The position numbers and the translations under genes are program-made. From contig CAWANH010000029.1 of the NCBI GenBank assembly GCA_963783375.1, positions 1,536,001 through 1,600,000 on the forward strand: 64,000 nucleotides of DNA. The letters run 5' to 3'. The notes beneath the pieces are model-generated. The model worked only from the letters and a program-made list of their open reading frames with translations, did not search any database and had not been told where the DNA came from. This DNA comes from Candidatus Eiseniibacteriota bacterium. GTDB lineage: Bacteria; Eisenbacteria; RBG-16-71-46; JABDJR01. Shown here piece by piece: positions 9,883 to 19,387 of the stretch. How positions within the stretch are numbered: the first letter of the stretch is position 1; every line of letters begins with the position of its first letter.

Positions 9883-12084
9883 TCAGGGCTTGGCGAACAC
9901 CGATTCGGCCACCCCGGTGTTCAGCTTCACCACGGTCACCGTCGACGTGGCGAAGGGGTCCCCGTCCTGGCGCAGCTCCCGCTTGTGGGGCCACTGAATC
10001 CCGCCGACCTTCTTGTAGTCCTGGATGGATTCCTGGGCCATGACCGGCGCCCCGGTCATGGGGTTCCGGGACCGGTACTCCATGCGGACGATCCGGTGGG
10101 TTCCCTGGTCCAGGTACACCCGCCACTGCTTGATGTTCGGGCTCCGGATGAAGAGCACGTCGGCGGGCTTGCCGTCCACGTCCACCGGATCGGGCAGGGC
10201 CTGGATCTTCATGGTCGGGTACGTGTTCAGGAACACGTAGAGATCCCGTTCGTTCTCGGCCTTCTGCTCGGCCATGGCATCCGGGGCCAGATCCTGCACC
10301 CCCTGGGGGCTCTGCACCCACCCCTGGTCTCCGCAAATCGTCTGTACGACGGTACCCATCGGCGTCTTCTGCTCGGTCTTCTCGCAGTCCATCCCCTTCT
10401 TGATCGAGGTGGCGGAGAACTGGAGCTGCATCCCCCGGACGAAGATCGTCCCGTCCATCTCCACCGTCATGTCCTTGACCTTCTTGAGCGCGTCGCCGCC
10501 CACCGCGGCCGCCGCCTGGTCCATGAGCTTCTGGCCCCGGGCCAGGCTGGCCGGATCGGCGTCAGGAACACTGCCGCCCGGAGGTTCGGGGATGGTGACG
10601 TCGATGTCCTTGTAGGGTCCGAGCGCGGCCAGGGCGTCGGCGAACTTGGCCTTGGTGCCGATGATGACCTGGGCTTCCTTGGGATACTTCACCTCGCGCT
10701 TGGCCGCGGCCAGGATGTCCTGGGGGGTGAGGGCCTTCACCTCCTCCTGGTACTTCTGGAGGAAATCCTTCGGATAGCCGTAGTACTCGTATTGGGCCAT
10801 CCGGTTCAGCACCGCCCCCTTGGACGAGAACGAGAACACCAGGGAATTCAGGATGGCGTCCTTACCCTGCTTCACCTGCTTGGCGGTGAACGGCTCCTGG
10901 AGATACTTGGCCACGTCCACTTTCAGGTAGCCCAGGGTAGCCACGGTGGAGTCGGACTGGGTCAGGGCGTAGAAGAACATCCCCCCGGGGTGGTGGAGGC
11001 CCGCCCCCGGCGAGGAACCGGTGGCGTAGGCCAGACCATGCACGGTGCGGATGTCGTTGAAGAGCACGCTCCCGAAACCGCCGCCCATGATCTCGTGATA
11101 GACGGACATGGCGGCGAAGTCCGGGTTGTCCATTCTGAGACCGGTCTGGGCCAGAACCACCGCGCTGTTGGTGGTGTTCTCCTTGTCGATCACGAAGGTC
11201 CCGGTCACGTCGGTGGGAACGGCCGGCGGATCCGGGGGAAGGGCCTTCGTCGCCTTGGCCCAGTCCCCGAAGTCCTTCCGGAGAAGCTCCTTCACCTGCC
11301 CGCTGTCGAAGTCCCCGTACACCGTCATGATGATGCGGTCGGGATGGAAGTAGGTGTCGTGGAAGGCCACCATGTCGTCCCGGGTGATGGCGTCGATGGT
11401 GGCGTACTCGGTGTGGCGTGCGTAGGGGCTGTCCGCCCCGTAGAGGAGCTTGGGGATCTCGCGGGTAAGGATGTCCAGCATCTCGTCGTTCCGGCCCGCG
11501 ATTTCCGTCTGCTCCTGCTTCTTGGCCAGCTTGATCTTCTCGTCGGGGAAGGCGGGGTGGCGCATGACGTCGTTCAGGAACCCGAACCCCTTGACCAGGT
11601 CCTGGCTCAGCACCGACATCGAGACCGTCCCCTGGGTCTGGCCGATCGAAACCTCGACGCTGGCCCCCATCGATTCCAGGAGCACGTCCAGGGAGTCACC
11701 GGCAATGGAGGTGGTCCCCCCCGAGCGCATCACCGTGCCGGTGACCGAAGCGAGACCTACCTCGTCCGCCGGCTCGTAGATCGAACCCACCCGGACCAAC
11801 GCCTGGGCGTCCACCAGCGGGAAGTCGTGGTCCTCCAGGAGATAGACCACCATACCGTTGTCCAGCACGAATCGCTCGGGCTGGGGTACCTGGATCTGGT
11901 TCAGGTCGGGGACCTTCATCTGGCGGGGATCCACCCAGGGACCGGCCGCCGAGGCCGCATTGGCCATGAATACGAGGCCCAGGGCCAGTGCCAGGATGGC
12001 GGCCCAGCCGCTCATTCGTATCGAACGCATGCTCGGAACCTCCGCGAAACGGAAAACGCCGTATCGGTCGTGGGTGCGGCTCAT
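9883..12084 (-). CDS. M16 peptidase non-catalytic partner subunit with an extra C-terminal domain
   Basis: LDNGMVVYLLEDH, GGGFGS.LF..IR...GLAY; no HxxEH; about 240-aa C-terminal extension; ATGA overlap with upstream gene. Confidence 0.85.
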   Translation of the reverse strand: MSRTHDRYGVFRFAEVPSMRSIRMSGWAAILALALGLVFMANAASAAGPWVDPRQMKVPDLNQIQVPQPERFVLDNGMVVYLLEDHDFPLVDAQALVRVGSIYEPADEVGLASVTGTVMRSGGTTSIAGDSLDVLLESMGASVEVSIGQTQGTVSMSVLSQDLVKGFGFLNDVMRHPAFPDEKIKLAKKQEQTEIAGRNDEMLDILTREIPKLLYGADSPYARHTEYATIDAITRDDMVAFHDTYFHPDRIIMTVYGDFDSGQVKELLRKDFGDWAKATKALPPDPPAVPTDVTGTFVIDKENTTNSAVVLAQTGLRMDNPDFAAMSVYHEIMGGGFGSVLFNDIRTVHGLAYATGSSPGAGLHHPGGMFFYALTQSDSTVATLGYLKVDVAKYLQEPFTAKQVKQGKDAILNSLVFSFSSKGAVLNRMAQYEYYGYPKDFLQKYQEEVKALTPQDILAAAKREVKYPKEAQVIIGTKAKFADALAALGPYKDIDVTIPEPPGGSVPDADPASLARGQKLMDQAAAAVGGDALKKVKDMTVEMDGTIFVRGMQLQFSATSIKKGMDCEKTEQKTPMGTVVQTICGDQGWVQSPQGVQDLAPDAMAEQKAENERDLYVFLNTYPTMKIQALPDPVDVDGKPADVLFIRSPNIKQWRVYLDQGTHRIVRMEYRSRNPMTGAPVMAQESIQDYKKVGGIQWPHKRELRQDGDPFATSTVTVVKLNTGVAESVFAKP

Positions 12085-13598
12085 GACTGGGGCTTCCTGA
12101 TCACACCGACCACCCGGTTACCCGGCCGGAAGGTCTCCGCCGCCGCCTTCTGGATGTCCTCCGCGGTCACCGCGTCGATCTGGTCCAGGGTCTGGAACAG
12201 CCGGTGCCAGTCCCCGAGCTTCCCCTGGGCCTCGGCCAGCTTTCCGGCCAGACCCATGTTGGAGCGAAGGCCGCGAACGAAGGAGGCCCGGTTCATGGTC
12301 TTCACCTTTGCGAGTTCGTCGGCGGTCGGGCCGTCCTTGGCCAGCCGGTCCAGTTCCTCGTAGGCGGCCGCCTCGACCTGGTCGGTGGTGGACCCCTTGT
12401 TCACCAGGGCCTGCACGATCAACAGCGCCGGGTACTTGTTCCCCAGGAAACCCGCCCCGGCTCCGGCCTGGGCCGCCACCTGGTCTTCCTTCACCAGCCG
12501 CTGGTAGAGGCGGCTGGACCGACCGGAGCCCGCGATGTCCCCCAGGAGCTCATAGGTGAACCAGTGCGGGTTCCGCCGGCTGGGAATGTGGTAGCCGACC
12601 AGGACCAAAGGCTGGGCGTCCTCTTCCCGGACCACCCGCACCTCGGCTTCGTGCCGCGGCTCCACCGTCCGCAGAAACGGCGGCTTGGGTCCGGAATGCA
12701 CGCCGGAGAAGTACTTGTCCGCGAACTTCTTCACGTCGGAGAACTTCACGTCCCCCACCACCGCGATCGTGATGTTCGGGGCCACGTAGTACTTGTTGAA
12801 GAAGGCCCGGGCATCGTCCCGGGTGATCCGCTTGAGATCCGAGGAGATCCCGATCACCCCGCCGATCCCGTAAGGGTGGGCGAAGTAGCTCGACTGGATC
12901 CAGTCCAGGAACAGGCGGCCGGTGGGGCTCGATTCCTGGAAACGGCGCTCCTCGTACACCACGCTGCGCTCGGTGTAGAACTCGCGCAGCACCGGGTTGG
13001 TCAGCCGGTCCCCTTCCAGTCGCGCCCAGAGTTCCAGCCGGTTCGAAGGCAGGCTGTAGTAGTACTGGGTCCAGTCGGTGAAGGTGGAGGCGTTGAGCCC
13101 GACCACCCCGTTCTCCTCCAGCACCTTCCCGAAGTCGTTGGTCACCACGTACTTCTTGGCCGCGTCCTGCTTGGCCTTGAAGTCGTCCATGAGCTTTCCC
13201 AACCGGGTGGAGTCGGTGTCGAACCCCTTGTTCATCTCGTCGGACACCGCGGCCCAGGCCGCGTCCACCGCGTCCATGGCCTTCTTCTCGGCGGCGTAGT
13301 CCTTGGTGCCGACGGTCTGGGTGCCCTTGAAGGCCATGTGTTCGAACATGTGGGCGATGCCGGTGATCCCCGGCACCTCGTCCACCCCGCCCGCGTTCAC
13401 GTAGGTGCGGAAGGAGAAAACGGGCGCGTCATGGCGCTCCAGGACGAGAAAGGTCAGACCGTTGGGTAGGGTGTAGGACTGGACCTGGGATTCCAGATCC
13501 TTGAATCCCGCCGCGCCCGCGGATCCGACCCCGGTCAGGGTCGCGATCAGCACACAGGCGCCCAGCGCGCGAAATCTCATGGAAAGCCTCCGGTTCAT
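12081..13598 (-). CDS. M16 (pitrilysin-like) zinc peptidase, catalytic subunit, secreted
   Basis: LPNGLTFLVLERH, GIAHMFEHMAFKGT (HxxEH), NAST..D.T.Y, ER.VVYEERR; signal peptide after MNRRLSMRF. Confidence 0.9.
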   Translation of the reverse strand: MNRRLSMRFRALGACVLIATLTGVGSAGAAGFKDLESQVQSYTLPNGLTFLVLERHDAPVFSFRTYVNAGGVDEVPGITGIAHMFEHMAFKGTQTVGTKDYAAEKKAMDAVDAAWAAVSDEMNKGFDTDSTRLGKLMDDFKAKQDAAKKYVVTNDFGKVLEENGVVGLNASTFTDWTQYYYSLPSNRLELWARLEGDRLTNPVLREFYTERSVVYEERRFQESSPTGRLFLDWIQSSYFAHPYGIGGVIGISSDLKRITRDDARAFFNKYYVAPNITIAVVGDVKFSDVKKFADKYFSGVHSGPKPPFLRTVEPRHEAEVRVVREEDAQPLVLVGYHIPSRRNPHWFTYELLGDIAGSGRSSRLYQRLVKEDQVAAQAGAGAGFLGNKYPALLIVQALVNKGSTTDQVEAAAYEELDRLAKDGPTADELAKVKTMNRASFVRGLRSNMGLAGKLAEAQGKLGDWHRLFQTLDQIDAVTAEDIQKAAAETFRPGNRVVGVIRKPQS

Positions 13599-13860
13599 GG
13601 CGTTCTCTGCATCGGACGAAGTTGGACTGGGGGTTGGGCTGAGCATTGTAACGTCCCTCCCCGCGACTAACGAGGGTAAAAAGGGACCGGGAGGGGGACT
13701 GGGGAAGTCGTTGGGCCCGGGGGACTTCAGCCCGCTCCCGGCGGGGGCCTCCGCCCGTCGAGGCCTCGGGGGCACTCCCCGGAGCCGGAGGGAAGGTGGG
13801 AGCCGCAGGCGCCCGACGGTCCCGTGCCGGCGGGCGCCTCGGCCATGGATTGGGTTGCGC

Positions 13861-14520
13861 CTAGAAGATCCGGCCGAAGACCTGCTTGATCTTCCCCCAG
13901 GTGCTCTTCTCGTTCGGGGTCGGCACGGAGTCGCTGACCTGGATGTTCAAGGCAACGTCGAACACGTGGTACGTGATCCCGTCGATGATGAGGATGTCGC
14001 AGGGGCTCACCACCTGGTCGCCGTTCTCGTCGAGCCAGTCATCCACGTGGCCCAGACCGCAGAAGACGGGGGCCACCTGGTGCCACATCTCGCAGATCGG
14101 GTTACCCGGGTCGTGAACCGGGTCCTGGTCGGGCTCCCACCAAGTCTGCCCGCCGGTCTGCACCTCCTCCAGAACGTAGGTCGGCCCCACCCAGTCGACG
14201 TGCAGGTACATGTTGTCGAGCTGGATGCAGTCGCAGACGGAGAGGACACCGTCTCCGTTGTCTCCGAACGCCACCTGGTGATGGTCCACGCAGAAGTTGG
14301 GGTAGAGCTCGTGCCAGGTGGTGCAGGTGCCGGGAATCGCCGGTCCAACGCTGTTCACCCCGAAGACTCCCGGGGCTCCCGGCGCAGCCTGGAGTTCGAG
14401 GTACATCTGCGCAATCGGGTTGGTGGTCGCGCGATGGGTCGAGACGACAAGGAACACACCGGCCAGAACCACCACGGGGATCACGATCCAGCCGATTCGG
14501 CGAACTAGCCAGAGATTCAT
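13861..14520 (-). CDS. Secreted hypothetical protein with two Cys/Asp-rich repeats and C-terminal STWGKIK motif
   Basis: N-terminal hydrophobic helix; repeats WHELYPNFC...DNGDGVLSVCD and WHQVAPVFC...DENGDQVVSPCD; GGAGG RBS. Confidence 0.8.
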   Translation of the reverse strand: MNLWLVRRIGWIVIPVVVLAGVFLVVSTHRATTNPIAQMYLELQAAPGAPGVFGVNSVGPAIPGTCTTWHELYPNFCVDHHQVAFGDNGDGVLSVCDCIQLDNMYLHVDWVGPTYVLEEVQTGGQTWWEPDQDPVHDPGNPICEMWHQVAPVFCGLGHVDDWLDENGDQVVSPCDILIIDGITYHVFDVALNIQVSDSVPTPNEKSTWGKIKQVFGRIF

Positions 14521-14638
14521 GGCTGCCTCCGATCAAAACCCCGGCAGCGCCCGGGGGTGGGAGAGCGCCATCGTCGGGATCGAGGTTCAAGGCCTGCCGC
14601 GAAGACCTGAAACCCAGACTAACCCGGGTGAGGGACGA

Positions 14639-14710
14639 TTACAATTATATCTTAATTATTCAAATTAAATACTGCTTTGATCATGAGACCCAGGAACTCA
14701 TTAAAAATGG
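14639..14710. promoter_or_regulatory. AT-rich upstream region, probable promoter/regulator-binding zone of the 13861-14520 gene
   Basis: ttacaattatatcttaattattcaaattaaata is the most AT-rich stretch I noticed in the window, about 120-190 nt upstream of ATG 14520. Confidence 0.45.
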
Positions 14711-14803
14711 ATCCAGAATCGCCGGTGACCACCCCTTCCGGGCCGAGCCCGACCCATCCATGAAACCGTGTCGCGAGGGGGAGCGGATGGCCGCCGGGAA
14801 GGG

Positions 14804-15733
14804 CTAGAGCCGCCTGGTTCCCGCCGCGGTGACGTGGCGGAAGACCGCCTCCAGGGTGTTGTCCAGGGTCTCCAGCCGGCGGACCGGCGACCCGGTCCGG
14901 ACCACCGCCTGGGCCAGCTCGCGGTAGGCGGTCTCGGGCCGGTCGGTCACGAACTCGAACTGCTCCGCCCCCACCATCTTGAGCTCGCGCACGTGAGGCA
15001 GGCCCACCAGGGCCGCACCCAGGGTTCGCGGGTCGCCGGTCGTGACCTGCACCCGGTGGGGGTGGCGGTCGCGAAGCTCCACCAGGAGATCCTCGATCCG
15101 CCCGAACCCCAGAAGCCGTCCGTGGGCGAGGATCCCCACCCGGTCGGTCAGGGACTCGACCTCGTGGAGGACATGGGAGGAAACGAGCACGGTGCGCCCG
15201 CTCTCTCCCAGGAGGTGAACGAGTTCGGTCAGCTGACGCCGGGTGGGAGGGTCCACCCCCAGGAAAGGCTCGTCCAGGAGCACCAGATCGCTTTCGTCGG
15301 CGAGGGCCAGCCCGAGCTTGACGCGCTGACGCATTCCCCGGGAGTAGGCTCCCACCTTTCGCCCGCCGTGTTCGGTGAGCCGAACCACCTCCAGGGCGCG
15401 GTCGGCAAGCTCGCGGGCCCGGCGTCGGTTCTCGCCCCGGGCCAGGAACGCGACCTCGAGGTTCTTCCGCCCGGAAAGACTCTGGTGGAAGCACTCGGTG
15501 GCCGGCACCAGGCGGATGCGCGACCGGACCGAGGCCTGGGTGAAGGGCGTCCCCCCCAGCACCCGGACCGTGCCCTCGACCGGGGCCACCAGACCGGTCA
15601 GGACCCGCATGAGCGTGGACTTCCCGCTCCCGTTCGGCCCCACGATGCCGGTGATCCCGGGAGCCAGGCCGAGGGTCACGTTGCTGAGCCCCACCACCTC
15701 GCCGTAGAAGACGCTCACCCCGCGAAGCTCCAC
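14804..15733 (-). CDS. ABC transporter ATP-binding protein
   Basis: GPNGSGKST, YSRGMRQR, LLDEP, SSH. A coupled GTG at 15807 is out of frame across two G runs. Confidence 0.9.
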   Translation of the reverse strand: MELRGVSVFYGEVVGLSNVTLGLAPGITGIVGPNGSGKSTLMRVLTGLVAPVEGTVRVLGGTPFTQASVRSRIRLVPATECFHQSLSGRKNLEVAFLARGENRRRARELADRALEVVRLTEHGGRKVGAYSRGMRQRVKLGLALADESDLVLLDEPFLGVDPPTRRQLTELVHLLGESGRTVLVSSHVLHEVESLTDRVGILAHGRLLGFGRIEDLLVELRDRHPHRVQVTTGDPRTLGAALVGLPHVRELKMVGAEQFEFVTDRPETAYRELAQAVVRTGSPVRRLETLDNTLEAVFRHVTAAGTRRL

Positions 15734-15803
15734 CGGCGCCTCGGCGGGGGCGGCCCGGTCCGCGAGCGTCCCCCCCCCTCGCGGAGGACGTCCACCCCCC
15801 CGG

Positions 15804-16598
15804 TCACGGGATCATCTCCCGGCGCACCGCGCGCATGGTGACCATGGCGCCCGCCGCCGCGTAGAGGGAGAGCGCCAGGGCGGCCAGCGCCCCCCGCAGA
15901 AGCCCCGAGTCCCCGAAGAAGAACCCCAGGAGCGCCTGGGCGGCCTCGGCCGGACCCACCGCGTAGGCGTCGGAGCCCCAGATGGCTCGGAACACGTTGT
16001 CGGGAATCACGAAGAAGAACGCGGCGATGAGAAGCGCCCAGCGCGCGCGCTTGGTGCCCGCGCTCGGCCCCACCGAGACCCCGGCGTAGCCCGCGGCCAT
16101 GAACAGCCCCGCCACCACCACCTTGGCCACCAGGATCATCGACTCCCCGGTGCCCACCTTGTCCGGCATCACCCCCTGGCGGAGGACCGCGATCAGAAAG
16201 CCCGGCACCACCAGGAGCCCGAAGGTCGGAAGCGCCACCGCCAGCATCTTCCCCAGGGTGTAGTGCCAGGGCATGACCGGGCGGACGGCGTAGAGGTAGA
16301 GAACATCCTCGGAACGATCCCGGGCCACCAGCGGAGTGCCGAGGCCCAGGGCCAGGAGCGCCACCGGCATGGCCTGGATGAAGAGGAAGCGCAGGACGGG
16401 GTCCCAGCCGAGGTCGGTTCCGGTGGCCGATTCCGCCATGACCCGCACCACCAGGATCACCCCCATCACCAGGGGGGGAAGGGCGCTGAACAGGAAGAGC
16501 AGGCGCACGAGCTTCCGCCGCGAAGCGATGCCCAGCTCCCGTCGCGCGATGGAGCGGATCACGTGCCAGTGCGAGGGGGCGCGGCGTTCAACGGCCAC
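15804..16598 (-). CDS. ABC-2 type permease
   Basis: About six hydrophobic segments, DRS...LY..RP...Y..GK pattern; lies between two ABC ATPases. Confidence 0.8.
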   Translation of the reverse strand: MAVERRAPSHWHVIRSIARRELGIASRRKLVRLLFLFSALPPLVMGVILVVRVMAESATGTDLGWDPVLRFLFIQAMPVALLALGLGTPLVARDRSEDVLYLYAVRPVMPWHYTLGKMLAVALPTFGLLVVPGFLIAVLRQGVMPDKVGTGESMILVAKVVVAGLFMAAGYAGVSVGPSAGTKRARWALLIAAFFFVIPDNVFRAIWGSDAYAVGPAEAAQALLGFFFGDSGLLRGALAALALSLYAAAGAMVTMRAVRREMIP

Positions 16599-17514
16599 CG
16601 GTCTTCTCCATCACGCCCACCACGGCGTCCTCCAGGGTGGGGATCTCGCGGCCCAGGTGGCGCACCTCGGCCCCGCTCTCGTCCACCACCCGCCAGAAGG
16701 TCAGGAGTTCGGCGTCGGTCGCGGGCCTCACCACCAGCCGTCCGTCTCCGCGCGTTTCGGTCCGCACCCCCGAGGCCGTGAGCCGCTCGACCAGGGCCGC
16801 ATCGAATCCCGAGCCCTCGGCCACCAGCACCTCGGACTCCGGCCCCAGGATCCCGGTCACCGAGCCGTAGTAGGCCACCGCCCCCCCCTCCAGCAGCAGG
16901 AGCTCGTCGCAAAGGTACTCGGCGTCGTGGAGGATGTGGGTGCTGACCAGGATCTGGCGGCCCTCGTCGCGGAGGTCGCGGATGAGGCTCAGGAGCTGGG
17001 CCCGGCCGGGGGGATCGAGCCCCACCGTCGGCTCGTCCAGGATCAGGACTTCGGGGTCGTGGACCAGGCTCATGGCCAGCTTCGTCCGCTGGCGCATGCC
17101 GGTGGAGTAGCCCCGCGTGGCGCGGTAGCGTTCCTCTCCCACGTCGAGGGCGTCGAGAGCTCGATGGGCGCGCCGAAGCGCCTCACGCCGCGAGAGCCCG
17201 GAGAGCATGCCCGCGAATACCACCGCATCCACCCCCGATCCCCCGGGGAAGATTCCCGCCTGTTCGGCCATGACCCCGGCCCGCGCGCGGACTTCCATGG
17301 CGCTCTGGGGAAGGTCGAGTCCCAGGACCCGGACCCGCCCGCTCCGGGGGCGAAGAACCCCCAGGAGCGCGCCGATCAAGGTCGACTTGCCGGCGCCGTT
17401 CGCCCCCACCAGCCCCACCGCCCGGCCGGCCATGGAGGCGGTGATCCCCTGGAGCACCGGCCGACCGCCCCGGTAGAGGTTCACGTTCTCCAGCTCGATC
17501 CAGGGACGGCTCAT
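16588..17514 (-). CDS. ABC transporter ATP-binding protein
   Basis: GANGAGKST, YSTGMRQR, ILDEPT.GLDP, STH. Confidence 0.92.
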   Translation of the reverse strand: MSRPWIELENVNLYRGGRPVLQGITASMAGRAVGLVGANGAGKSTLIGALLGVLRPRSGRVRVLGLDLPQSAMEVRARAGVMAEQAGIFPGGSGVDAVVFAGMLSGLSRREALRRAHRALDALDVGEERYRATRGYSTGMRQRTKLAMSLVHDPEVLILDEPTVGLDPPGRAQLLSLIRDLRDEGRQILVSTHILHDAEYLCDELLLLEGGAVAYYGSVTGILGPESEVLVAEGSGFDAALVERLTASGVRTETRGDGRLVVRPATDAELLTFWRVVDESGAEVRHLGREIPTLEDAVVGVMEKTGGR

Positions 17515-17539
17515 CGCCGGCCCCCTCGGGTCCGCCGCC

Positions 17540-18283
17540 TCAACACAGCTCCCCCAGACTCTTCCGATTGAAGACCAGGACGGTGGCGGCCAGGAAGATC
17601 GCGCCGATTCCCAGGAGCACCGCGGCCGCGACCGCGTTCGAGGTCTGGGAGAGCGGGACCGAGAGCGGAAGGCGCATGTCGATGACGCGATCGGCCAGGA
17701 CGGACAGGTGATAGGAGGGAGACAGCCGCCGGAGGGCGAAGGGGAGCTGGGCCAGGGGTTGATCCAGGAGGAAGTAGAAGACCAGCCCGACGATGAGGCC
17801 GCGCCGAAACGCCAGGTGGAAGAACCCGAAAAGGGCGGTGTAGGCCAGCGATCCCATGAGAACGGCCAGGTATTCCCGGGGGAGGGGTCCCATCGGCATG
17901 CCGTCCAGGAGCCGGATCACCGTGACCACGATCAACCCGCCCGCGGTGAGGAGGAGGGCGGTGGTCAACGTTCGCACCACGGCCAGGGTGGAACGGGACA
18001 CCGGGCTCAGGAGCGCGTAGAGGAGCGTCCGCTGCCGGATCCCGTCCCCGAGCGACATCTCGCTCACCAGGATCGCGGTCAGGGGGACCCCGGGAACGAT
18101 CGCCACGAGCTGGAGGGAGCGGAGGAGGTTTCCGAACATGCTCGGGAGAAGACGCTCCAGGAGAAAGGCGACGCCGATCAGGCCGAAGGCGAGAAAGCCG
18201 ACCCCGAGCCCAAGCCGGAGTCCCCGGAAGGACGGCATCGGGGCGAGGTACGCGCGGAGCGCCACCAGCGTCGGTTGGGACAT
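17540..18283 (-). CDS. ABC-2 type permease
   Basis: Multi-TM protein with TLLY.L..PVSR pattern; first gene of the ABC operon. Confidence 0.75.
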   Translation of the reverse strand: MSQPTLVALRAYLAPMPSFRGLRLGLGVGFLAFGLIGVAFLLERLLPSMFGNLLRSLQLVAIVPGVPLTAILVSEMSLGDGIRQRTLLYALLSPVSRSTLAVVRTLTTALLLTAGGLIVVTVIRLLDGMPMGPLPREYLAVLMGSLAYTALFGFFHLAFRRGLIVGLVFYFLLDQPLAQLPFALRRLSPSYHLSVLADRVIDMRLPLSVPLSQTSNAVAAAVLLGIGAIFLAATVLVFNRKSLGELC

Positions 18284-18425
18284 CTCACTCCTCGTTCACG
18301 GACCCGCCCCCTCGGCGGCTCCGAACCGGGCTCCGCCGCCCGGCGATCCCCTCCGGCCGTGGCCGGAACGCATGGGCCGGCGCGTCTCCTGGGGAGAACT
18401 ACGCGATCGGGATCCCCGGGTTGCG

Positions 18426-19130
18426 TTAATCCTCCGGGACCGCCCCGGGGTCGGGGAACCGGGTGAGAACCTCACCCAGCCAATTGCCGACATCCTGGAT
18501 CTCCTCGGCGTCGACCTGGTGCTCCATGGGGTAGCTCCTCCAGACGGCATCGTACCCCAGCTCCACCAATCGCTGGTGGGCGGCCTTCCCCCGTTCCATC
18601 GGCACCATCGGGTCGAAGGTGCCGTGGCCCTGGAACACCGGCGTGGCGCGGTTCGCCTCCGAGGCCTCGGCGCCGAGGGTATCCTCCCCCACCAGGTAGG
18701 TGGAGAGGGCCAGGATCCCGGCCAGGGTCTTGGGGTAGCGGAGCCCCAGGTAGAGCGCGATCGCTCCGCCCTGGGAGAACCCGGCCAGTACGATCCGCTC
18801 CGGCGGCACGCCGCGCGCCTCTTCCCGCTCGAGGAGCAGGCGGACCGCGGCGACCGAACGCTCCACCCCGGCCTGATCGGGCTCGCGGCGGAGATCCGGA
18901 GTCCGGATGTCGTACCAGGCCGGCATGACCATGCCCATGTTGAGCGTCACCGGGATCCGCGGGGCGTGGGGAAAGACGAACCGGACGCCCAGCGCCGGGT
19001 CGAGCCCGAGATAGGGCACAATCGGCTCGAAGTCGTGGCCGTCGGCCCCGAGGCCGTGAAGCCAGATCACGCTCCGCGCCGCCGGGGCCTCCGGCTCGAT
19101 CTCGACACAGGCAAGCGTGTCCCGTTCCAT
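18426..19130 (-). CDS. Phospholipase/carboxylesterase (alpha/beta hydrolase)
   Basis: WLHGLGADGHDF, MPAWYDI, GFSQGG nucleophile, HGTFD, YPMEH; GGAGG before ATG 19130. Confidence 0.92.
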   Translation of the reverse strand: MERDTLACVEIEPEAPAARSVIWLHGLGADGHDFEPIVPYLGLDPALGVRFVFPHAPRIPVTLNMGMVMPAWYDIRTPDLRREPDQAGVERSVAAVRLLLEREEARGVPPERIVLAGFSQGGAIALYLGLRYPKTLAGILALSTYLVGEDTLGAEASEANRATPVFQGHGTFDPMVPMERGKAAHQRLVELGYDAVWRSYPMEHQVDAEEIQDVGNWLGEVLTRFPDPGAVPED

Positions 19131-19387
19131 GATCCTCCCTCGAAGAATTCCCGTCGCCCGCGACCCGATCGCGACCCGCGGGAAGCGCGGCCGCCTGAAT
19201 CGCCCGAGCCGGGGACGGAGACGATACAGGAACGAGCCGTAAAGCCGCCACTTCGGGCTCCGCGGAAGGAACGGACCCGCCCCGCGGGCCGCGAATAGCC
19301 GGGCCCCGGTCGATCCCACCGGATCGGCGCTTCGACGACCTGCCATGGCCCGGAATCCGATATGCTTCCCGGATGCTCGCGGGGAAC

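Noticed and set aside
5554-12363. Very long ORFs 5554-9630 (+) and 9691-12363 (+), and similar ones such as 21187-23712, 35361-37766, 42460-45567 and 47561-50548
   Set aside because: Antisense or alternate-frame shadows of motif-bearing genes, expected in high-GC DNA; no recognisable motifs.
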